From the IMG/VR virus record IMGVR_UViG_3300045988_090162: a stretch of DNA of 64,000 bases; one strand, 5' to 3'. The notes below the pieces were generated by a model that was not told the origin of the DNA, did no database searches, and worked only from the letters and a program-made list of their open reading frames with translations. A program made the translations under genes and the position numbers. Source of the stretch: a virus. Position 1 is the stretch's first letter. The number at the start of each line of letters is the position of its first letter. Shown here piece by piece: positions 56,160 through 64,000 of the stretch.

Positions 56160-59100
56160 ATGCCAATGACAGTGCCGCGATTTGATATTCACAATCACAC
56201 GCACTACTCCTAACCAACTTACGACTTATTGATTCAACTGTCAAACCAAAAGAACTAATTGATAGAGCTATAGAATTAGGTCTTGCGGGAATCGCAATCA
56301 CCGACCATGAGTCATTAGGTGGACACGTAGAGATTGACCGCATTCAAGAGGAATATAAAGATAAGTATCCTGATTTCAAAATCGTTCGCGGCAATGAAAT
56401 TTATCTTACAGACACACGAGATTCGGGTCAATATTACTATCACTTTGTTCTCTTAGCCTTAGATGCTATTGGTCATAAGATGCTACGTGAGCTATCTTCT
56501 ACTGCTTGGATTAACAGCTATTTTGACCGAGGAATGGAACGTGTACCTACTCTAAAGTCAGACCTTGCGGCCATTGTCGAAAAATATGGAAAAGGTCACC
56601 TACACGGTAGCTGTGCCTGCCTAGCAGGAGAAGTAAATCATAATCTTAATCTTATGATTCAAGCTGAAAAACAAGGAGACACCGCACAAGTTAAAGCATA
56701 TCATAAGAATATTGTAATTTTTATCAAGTGGTGTGTATCAATCTTTGGCAAAGATTATTTCTCTTTAGAAGTAGCTCCTGGTCGTAGCGAAGAACAATTC
56801 GCTGTTAATTCCAGAATGAATTCTTTATCTAAAGTATTTAATCTTCCAATCGTGCTAGGATGTGATACTCATTATCTAAAAAAAGAAGATAGATATGTAC
56901 ACAAGGCTTTCCTTAATTCTAAAGGTGGAGAGCGTGAAGTAGATTCATTTTATGAATATTGTTATCTACAGTCTGAAAAAGAGATTATAGAAAATCTTGA
57001 TGGCACAGGTCTTGATTATGAAGAACTATGCGCCAACTCAATGAAGATTCTTGATAAATGCCAGTATTATACTTTATATCATAAACAACAAGTGCCGCAA
57101 GTAGAAGTTCCTTCTTATCCAAAAGAAGAAAAGAACCATCATTTCTATGATACGGATAAATATCCTACGCTTGATTATCTTATGCACTCCGATAATCCGC
57201 AAGAACGTTATTGGATAAATTATTGCCAGAATGAATTAAACAAAAAAGGATTAAATAATGAAACGTATCTTGCGAGGTTAGAGGAAGAAGCAGACATCAA
57301 CAAAGTTATTGGTGACAAACTTGAGACTTGTATGTTTGCTTACCCTATTTTCCTACAGCATTACATTAATCTCTTTTGGGAATGCGGCTCAACAGTTGGC
57401 GCTGGTCGAGGGTCAGCCTGTTCTGGTCTTAACCATTGGCTTTTAGGAGTTACACAACTAGACCCAGTTGTCAATAGTCTTCCTTATTGGAGATATTCTA
57501 ATAAAGAGCGCATCGAATTAGGTGATATTGATATAGACTTAGCCCCGTCTAAACGTGAACTAGTCTTTGAGAAAATCAGAGAAGAGCGTGGTCAATTAGG
57601 ATGCGTACAGGTCTGTACGTATGGCACAGTTACTTCTAAAGCGGCTGTAAAAATTGCCTGTCGAGGATACCGTTCAGAAAAATATCCAGATGGTATTGAG
57701 CTAGATGAAGCTGAATACCTTTCTTCTTTAATTCCTTCTGAACGTGGCTTTGTTTGGCCTTTATCTGATTGTTTTTTTGGCAACGAAGAGAAGAAACGTA
57801 AACCTAATAAAACCTTTGTCCAAGAGGTAAACAAGTTTCCCCGTCTACAAGAAATCTTATTAAATATCTGCGGCCTTGTTACACAACGAGCTATTCATGC
57901 TTCTGGTGTTAACTTTTACGGAGAAGACCCATACCAGACGGCTTGCTTTATGAAAGCTAAGAACGGCGCTATTATTACACAATATTCTCTAGCGGATGCA
58001 GAGTACTGCGGTGATGTGAAGCTCGATTTCCTTGTGACAGAAGTGCAGGATGTAATTACTCAGTGCCTTAATCTCTTACAGGAGAATGGTAAGATTGAAA
58101 CTGGTCTAACACTTCGTCAAATGTATGATAAGTACCTGCATCCTACCATGTTGCCGTTACACGATGAAAAGTTGTGGAAAGCAGCTGTCTCTGGCAAGGT
58201 CTTGAAATTTTTCCAATTTGACACACAGGTCGGCGGTCAGACAATTAAGCTCTTAAAGCCGCACACTCCACTTGAAATGGCGAACTGCAATTCTATTATG
58301 CGTCTCATGGCTAGCGAACAAGGTGATGAAACACCAACAGAACGATACAAACGCATGAAAGATGATATGTCGCAATGGTACGCGGAAATGGATAGGTGGG
58401 GTCTTTCAAAAGAAGAACAAAAAAGTCTAGAGAAATATTATCTGCCAACGTATGCGGCACCTGCTCAGCAGGAAGACATGATGATAATCCTAATGGAAGT
58501 CTGCGGCTTTTCTTTATCTGAGTCGAATTTTGCAAGAAAAGTTTGTGCAAAAAAGAAGATGGACAAGATTCCTGAGTTGAGAAAAATGGTATTACAAGGT
58601 GCTCCAAATGAGAATCTTGGCAAGTATATTTGGGAGACTGCTATCAAACCACAGATGGGCTACTCATTTTCTCGAATTCATTCTCTTGCTTATTCCTATA
58701 TTGGCCTTCAAACGGTCTATTTAGCTACCTATTTTCCTGTCGTATATTGGAATACAGCTTGTCTTCGAGTCGATGCTGGTCTTGATGAAGATGCCGCATC
58801 TAACTATGGTAAAATTGCTAAAGCAATTGGTAATATGATTAACAATGGTGTTACAGTAAAGCCAGTCAATATCAACAAATCTGGTTATCTATTTGAGCCA
58901 GACGAAGAAGATAATGCTATTCTATATGGAATGAAATCTTTAAACGGAGTTGGCGGCGAAGTTGTTTCAAGAATTATTGCAAATCGTCCATACAATTCGT
59001 TTCAAGATTTTCTAGATAAAAATAATGAAAATAAGACTACAGTTTTAGCTCTTATTAAAGGCGGTGCTTTTGATTCTTTCGATAGCCGCAAAAATATTAT

Positions 59101-60013
59101 GAAACAATATATTGAGATTGTAAGTAATCCTAAAAAGCGTATTACAATGCAAAACTTTAAATCTTTAATTGATTATAAGCTCATTCCAAAAGAATTAAAG
59201 TTCCAAAAGCAAGTGTTCAATTTCGATAAGACAATGAAAAAACAATGCAAATATACAACAGAAGAATTTGATTTAAGCAAATCAGATATACATTATAAGT
59301 TTTATAATAAATATTTTGATACTGATAATCTATATATTAAAAACAATTCTATATGTCTAAATAAAAAGACTTGGAAAAAAGAATATAATAAAGTAATGCT
59401 CGCTGCAAAAAACTACATCCAAGAGAACAAAGAAGAGTTATTACAGAAGTTAAATAGGAAGCTATTCTTAGAACAATGGAATACATACGCGGCAGGTACA
59501 TATTCAACTTGGGAAATGGATGCTCTTGGATATTATTACCACAAGCATGAATTATTAAATGTTGATAAATCTATTTATAATATAGTATCATATAATAGTC
59601 TGCCAACAATTCCGCCTACTGATTATGTATTTAAGCGTGGCGATAAAGAGATTAAAATTCCTAAGACCTATAGAATTATGGGTACAGTAGTCGGCAAGAA
59701 TAATACAAAAGGACAAGTTGATATTCTTACAACTGATTCTGGCGTTGTAACTGTTAAGTTTGCATTAGATTATTTTGCAAAATATAATCGCCGTGTAAGT
59801 GAAAATGTAAATGGTGAAAATAAGGTCATGGAACAAGGATGGTTTCAAAAAGGTGCCTTAATTGTAGTCAATGGCTATCGAAACGGTGATATGTTTAGGG
59901 CAAAGAAATACAAGAAGACTAATTCACATCAACTATATAAAATCACGAAAGTGAATAAAGACGGTACCATAGAAATGACTAATAGCCGCTATGGCGAAAA
60001 TGTTGACAATTAA
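56160..60013 (+). CDS. DNA polymerase III alpha subunit (DnaE-like, family C) with an N-terminal frame discontinuity
   Basis: RBS AAGGACGG then ATG at 56160. Frame 0 encodes MPMTVPRFDIHNHTHYS (PHP motif I) and then hits TAA. Frame 2 continues from 56225 as LIDSTVKPKELIDRAIELGLAGIAITDHES... (PHP motif II) through 60013, including GRGSACSGLNHWLLGVTQLDP. Removing the 14 nt at 56211-56224 restores one continuous PHP domain. Confidence 0.6.
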
Positions 60014-60031
60014 ATAAAGTTATGTTATAAT
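60004..60031 (+). promoter_or_regulatory. sigma70 promoter TTGACA-N16-(TG)TTATAAT
   Basis: ttgacaattaaataaagttatgttataat. Confidence 0.6.
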
Positions 60032-60081
60032 ATAGGAGTAAACAAAAAGGAAAGGTTTGCTCCTATATTTTTGGAGGTTTG

Positions 60082-60702
60082 ATGTATCCAATAGTAATTG
60101 GCATTTGCGGCAAATCGGCGGCAGGCAAGGATTCAACTGCCACTCACTTAGTCGAAGAGTATAAGAAGATTGGCATCCCAGCAAAAAAGGTAATCAGTTA
60201 TACAACCCGTCCTCCAAGAGAGAGAGAAGTTGATGGTGTTGATTATCATTTCGTTGACTTGGAAACTTTCGTTGAAATGCAATATAATGATAAGTTTATC
60301 GAGCATACTGAGTTTCATGGGTGGCGATATGGCACTGCAATCAATTCATTCGATGATGATTGTATAAATATCTGTGTCCTTAATCCTGTTGGTATGACAA
60401 AGCTCGAAAGACTTTGTCCTTGGACATTACAATGCGAATGCTTTTATCTGAAAGTTCCTTTACTTGTGCGACTCAAGCGTTCTATTAACCGAGAGCATAC
60501 TTTCAAGTGGGAATTCATTAGACGAGCATTCGCAGACTGGGAAGATTTTAGTGGAGGATATGATGATTACTTTGGATATGGTTCACATGAGCATGTGCTT
60601 CGCTATCGAGGTAGCCGCACAGATTTTGTATCCAGTATTATGAATACTGACGAATTAATTCATACAGTTTCACAGCTAAAACGTAAACATTTATCCAAAT
60701 AA
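60082..60702 (+). CDS. guanylate kinase-like nucleoside monophosphate kinase
   Basis: GICGKSAAGKDS P-loop and SYTTRPPREREVDGVDYHFV (guanylate kinase signature); RBS GGAGG. Confidence 0.7.
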   Translation: MYPIVIGICGKSAAGKDSTATHLVEEYKKIGIPAKKVISYTTRPPREREVDGVDYHFVDLETFVEMQYNDKFIEHTEFHGWRYGTAINSFDDDCINICVLNPVGMTKLERLCPWTLQCECFYLKVPLLVRLKRSINREHTFKWEFIRRAFADWEDFSGGYDDYFGYGSHEHVLRYRGSRTDFVSSIMNTDELIHTVSQLKRKHLSK

Positions 60703-60888
60703 ACGCATGGGCATAAGTTTAGAAAGTTTATTAACCAATTTTTATATAAGAGAAAGAGGATAAAATGATTTTTCAAGTACGACAAGGAGTGTTTGCGGCG
60801 AATTCTACGTCTGAAACTCGCTATCCTCTTTTAGACAACATAGAAGATATGTTAAAAGTAATTCACCAAGAGAAGAAGGAGAAAGATA

Positions 60889-62088
60889 TTGACTAAATAT
60901 ATTACAAAGCGAAATGGAAATAAAGTAGAGTTCGATATTTCTAAGATTGAAAATGCAGTATTTCGTGCGGCATATGATGTTTCTGGTACTCTTGGATGGA
61001 CATGGACGTTTTGTCATGAGATTGCAAGAGACATTGCAAATGACTTTGAAAAAGCCGAGTATTATCATGACGGTATGACAGTAGAGGAGATTCAGGATGC
61101 TGTTGAAGAACTACTCATGGGCGATTTTCCGCATGTTGCAAAGTCATATATGATTTATCGTTATGAACACCAGATTGCACGCCAGAAACATAATGATGCT
61201 GAAATTCTTGATATGATTAAGAATGACCCAGAAAGTTACTGGGCAACAGAGAATAGCAATAAAAACGCTAAGCTCGTTACTGTGCAACGAGACTATCTTG
61301 CTGGCATTACAAGCACAGATATTGCTCGTAATTATATTTTCCCTAAGAAAGTAATTGAAGCTCACGACGCTGGTATTTGCCATCAACACGATATGGATTA
61401 TATGGCACAATCAACTCTTCATAACTGTGACCTTATCAATCTAGAAGACATGCTGCAAAATGGCACAGTCATTAACAATGTGCGTATCAACAAACCGCAT
61501 CGTCTTTTAACAGCTATGACAGTAACAACGCAAATTATGGCTAGTGTTGCGGCCAATTCTTATGGTGGAGAATCTATTACATTAACTCATTTAGCACCTT
61601 TCGTTCGTGATAGCTACAATATCTTTAAAAACAAATATAAAGATGAAGATATTTCAGATGAATTAAAAGAAAAGTTTGCATTGGCAGATTTAAAAAAAGA
61701 AATTGCTGATTCAGTGCAGACTTTTAATTATCAAATTTCAACGTTGTTTACATTAAATGGACAGGCGCCATTTTGCTCCCTGTTCATGTATATTGGCGAG
61801 ACAGAAGAATATAAGAAAGAATTAATTCTTCTTATTGAAGAGTTTTTAAAGCAACGAGAAAAAGGTATGCCAAATCGTCAAGGTGTATATGTTACGCAAG
61901 CATTTCCAAAGTTGTTATATGTTCTTGAAGAAGATAATTATAAACCCGGAACCAAATATTGGAATGTAACTAAAAAAGCAGTTGAATGTTCTGCTAAGCG
62001 CCTAACTCCTGATTATATTAGTGAAAAGGTAATGAAGCAAATCAAGGTAGATGCAAATGGTGAAGGCCATTGTTTTCCTTGCATGGGT
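60889..62088 (+). CDS. nrdD: anaerobic ribonucleoside-triphosphate reductase NrdD, exon 1
   Basis: N-terminal ATP-cone (ITKRNGNKVEFDISKIENAV); exon ends ...CFPCMG at U62088. Confidence 0.7.
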
Positions 62089-62801
62089 AAGCGTAAACTA
62101 TAGCCTATGTAAAATCTTTTGAATTCGGATAGGACTTAGATTTAAGTTGAGTCCGAACTAATATACATATTTAAAATCATAGAAAGGAGTTCTTTCTATG
62201 GAAAAATCAACACAATATAATAATATTTCTGTAACAGATGATGGTAAAGTATACAAAACAAAAAAGAATGGTAACAAAATAGAGCTTTGCCAATGGGTTG
62301 ACAATGTTGGGTATAAACAAGTAAAAAGTACAGATGATAAACAAGCTATTTATTTACGTGTGCATAGATTAGTCGCAGAAACTTTTATCCCAAATCCACA
62401 AAATTTACCGCAAGTTAATCATAAAGATGGAAACAAATTAAATAATGTGGTAGAAAATTTAGAGTGGTGTAACAACAAAGAAAATACTCAGCATGGATAT
62501 AATCACAATTTATATAAATCAACAGTTAGATGTCCAGTTAAAGCTACTAATAAAGAAAGTAAAATGGAATATATATTTCCAAGTATTCGTAAATGTGCAG
62601 AAGAACTAAAATTAAACAGAAAAACTATTACAGCTATTTTAAAGCATGAAAAAACAAATAATTATGATTATGATTTTGAATATGTATAATGTGTATCGAC
62701 TATTCCGAAAGGAAGTAGAGATAATAATTATCTCGAAGTAAGAAGACTATCCAATAGGATAGATGATATAGTCAGTGCGGCAGGTGACTGCCGACAACAT
62801 G
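62089..62801 (+). mobile_element. group I intron in nrdD carrying an HNH homing-endonuclease ORF
   Basis: 5' exon ends in U and the intron ends in G (62801); P1 guide GCCTATG (62103-09) pairs with exon CATGGGT; the exon junction restores CMG|CRSFLSPY. Confidence 0.7.
62198..62689 (+). CDS. HNH homing endonuclease (intron-encoded)
   Basis: [13 protein letters not shown]...[27 protein letters not shown] (HNH_3-type); RBS AAAGGAG. Confidence 0.75.
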   Translation: MEKSTQYNNISVTDDGKVYKTKKNGNKIELCQWVDNVGYKQVKSTDDKQAIYLRVHRLVAETFIPNPQNLPQVNHKDGNKLNNVVENLEWCNNKENTQHGYNHNLYKSTVRCPVKATNKESKMEYIFPSIRKCAEELKLNRKTITAILKHEKTNNYDYDFEYV

Positions 62802-63836
62802 TGTAGAAGTTTCCTGTCTCCATATATAGATGAAAATGGTAAACCCAAATATTATGGACGATTCAATTGCGGCGTTTCCAGCCTTAATCTTCCAGATACA
62901 GCTTTTGCCGCACAAGAAGAACTTAAATATGATACAGATAAATCACAAGAGCATCTTTTTGAAATCTTTTTCAAATTATTGGATGAACGAGCTGAAATCT
63001 GTCATGCCGGACTAAAAGTCCGCGTTGATAGACTTTCAAAAACAAAAGCTGGCGTAGCTCCAATCCTATGGGTAGATGGTGCTTTAGCTAGACTAGACCC
63101 AGAAGATACTCTAAACAAGTTAGTTCATAATGGATATGCTACAGTCTCGCTTGGATATAATGGCGGTAACGAAGCCATTAAAATTCTTATTGGAGAAGAC
63201 AATTTCACCAAGAATGGACAAGAACTGATGCTACGAATTCTCAAGTTCTTGACCAATAAGTGTGAAGAATGGAAGCAAGCAGAGAACGTTGGGTATTCAC
63301 TTTATGCGTCTCCAGCAGAGTCATTGTGTTACAAGTTTGCAACTAAGACTAAAGAACGTTATCCAAACCAGTTCAAGAAACTGTTTGGGAACAAAAAGTA
63401 TTTTGAAAATTCTTATCATATCCCAAGTTCTCAACCAATTGACCCCTTTTCTAAGATTGAACTTGAAGGCGAATTTCAAAAGTATTCAGTTGGTGGTTGC
63501 CTAAGCTATGTAGAGAGTTCTGACGTATCTAAAAATATATCCGTTCTGTATCCAATTTTAGAGTGTATTTATAATAATATTATGTATTGTGAAATCAATA
63601 CAAAAACTTCTTATTGCCATGTATGCGGCGAATCACAAACTATTGACGTTCACAAAGATGAAGAAGGAAATACATGGTGGGAATGCTCTAATTGTGGTAA
63701 TACAGACACAGATAAAATGGATGTTGCTGCACGTACTTGCGGATATGTTGGAGTCAACTTCTGGAACGATGGCAAGACTCAAGAAATTGCTTCTCGTTAT
63801 AAGCATATTGATGACCATGAGATTGGTGAAGAATGA
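62802..63836 (+). CDS. nrdD: anaerobic ribonucleoside-triphosphate reductase NrdD, exon 2
   Basis: CRSFLSPY active-site region, C-terminal zinc ribbon CHVCG...CSNCG, and glycyl-radical motif RTCGYVG. Confidence 0.7.
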   Translation, partial: CRSFLSPYIDENGKPKYYGRFNCGVSSLNLPDTAFAAQEELKYDTDKSQEHLFEIFFKLLDERAEICHAGLKVRVDRLSKTKAGVAPILWVDGALARLDPEDTLNKLVHNGYATVSLGYNGGNEAIKILIGEDNFTKNGQELMLRILKFLTNKCEEWKQAENVGYSLYASPAESLCYKFATKTKERYPNQFKKLFGNKKYFENSYHIPSSQPIDPFSKIELEGEFQKYSVGGCLSYVESSDVSKNISVLYPILECIYNNIMYCEINTKTSYCHVCGESQTIDVHKDEEGNTWWECSNCGNTDTDKMDVAARTCGYVGVNFWNDGKTQEIASRYKHIDDHEIGEE

Positions 63837-64000
63837 GATATTTTCAAATAAGGTCAATGGACATTAGCAACGGCATAGGCATTGGCGCTAGTGTCTTTTT
63901 ATCTGGCTGTCATTTCCATTGTAAAAATTGTCATAACCAAGAGCTATGGGACTTCAATAGTGGTAATGAATATACTAATGATGCGAAGAATAAAATTTTA
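63833..64000 (+). CDS. nrdG: anaerobic RNR activating protein NrdG (radical SAM), 5' partial
   Basis: ATG overlaps the nrdD stop; GCHFHCKNCHN = CxxxCxxC radical-SAM cluster motif. Confidence 0.7.
   Translation, partial: MRYFQIRSMDISNGIGIGASVFLSGCHFHCKNCHNQELWDFNSGNEYTNDAKNKIL

Noticed and set aside
56080-56343. 87-aa minus-strand ORF across the polymerase start
   Set aside because: It overlaps the polymerase RBS and N-terminus on the opposite strand; the plus strand carries the conserved PHP motifs.
1-64000. CRISPR array, integrase/attachment site or prophage boundary
   Set aside because: No regularly spaced repeat-spacer array, no tyrosine or serine recombinase motifs, and no host-like housekeeping genes were seen. 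The window looks entirely phage-internal.

Overview
This 64 kb window looks like part of a large virulent dsDNA phage genome, and I can find no integrase or host-like genes. The AGGAGG-type ribosome-binding sites, TTGACA-N17-TATAAT promoters with frequent TGn extension, and roughly 37% GC point to a low-GC Gram-positive (Firmicutes-like) host; that host call is an inference.

The window has two halves that meet at an AT-rich, palindrome-rich strand-switch region at about 33405..33869.

**Left half (about 700..33400).** Almost entirely minus-strand. It holds about 60 small early-type ORFs, mostly hypothetical. Most sit behind a repeated promoter/leader cassette: TTGAC(A)-N17-TATA(T)AAT, then CCAAGAGA(A)AGG, then ATG.
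- A tRNA island: at least nine tRNA genes with canonical cloverleaf folds, plus two tRNA-like genes with atypical anticodon arms.
- A dispersed RNA-repair and RNA-modification set: a T4 Pnk-like kinase, a calcineurin-like phosphoesterase, an Rnl1/Trl1-like RNA ligase and a SpoU/TrmH methyltransferase.
- PhoH, a dCMP/cytidine deaminase, an SPFH protein, a secreted Rpf-like muralytic protein and a free-standing GIY-YIG endonuclease.
- Two paralogous minus-strand elements, each with its own near-identical promoter, that carry the parts of a tRNA in permuted order (T-arm, acceptor-like hairpin, D-arm-like). This matches how bacterial Y RNAs (YrlA) are built.

**Right half (33870..64000).** Plus-strand replication and nucleotide-metabolism module, in order:
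- Rnl2-like RNA ligase, then a Ro60/Rsr orthologue (TROVE plus vWA domains; the natural protein partner for Y RNAs), then a minimal nucleotidyltransferase.
- Type II topoisomerase B and A subunits, an ATP-dependent DNA ligase, a membrane-anchored coiled-coil GIY-YIG protein, ThyX, and SSB.
- A Sak4-like ATPase, a DnaB-like helicase, a DnaG-like primase, a DHH/RecJ-like exonuclease, and a DnaE-like DNA polymerase III alpha subunit.
- A guanylate kinase, NrdD, and the start of NrdG.

**Three gene-structure anomalies in core replication genes.**
- *NrdD intron.* nrdD is interrupted by a 713-nt group I intron (62089..62801) that carries an HNH homing endonuclease. Joining the exons restores the MGCRSFL motif. 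The 5' exon ends in U, the intron ends in G, and a P1 guide sequence can be drawn.
- *DnaB intron.* The DnaB-like helicase is split exactly at its Walker A motif by a 231-nt ORF-less element (50739..50969). It has an unusually clean P1 pairing (exon UGUCGGU against intron GCCGACA with a terminal U·G pair) and ends in G. Splicing would restore AATGVGKS.
- *Polymerase frame break.* The DnaE-like polymerase has its conserved PHP N-terminus (FDIHNHTHYS) in a different frame from the rest of the gene, separated by 14 nt that contain a stop codon. This is either recoding or translational bypass, or an indel.

**Other features.**
- An iteron array next to a putative replication/regulatory protein.
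- A covarying hairpin-repeat family in the 17.3–17.9 kb and 19.4 kb spacers.
- Many rho-independent terminators.
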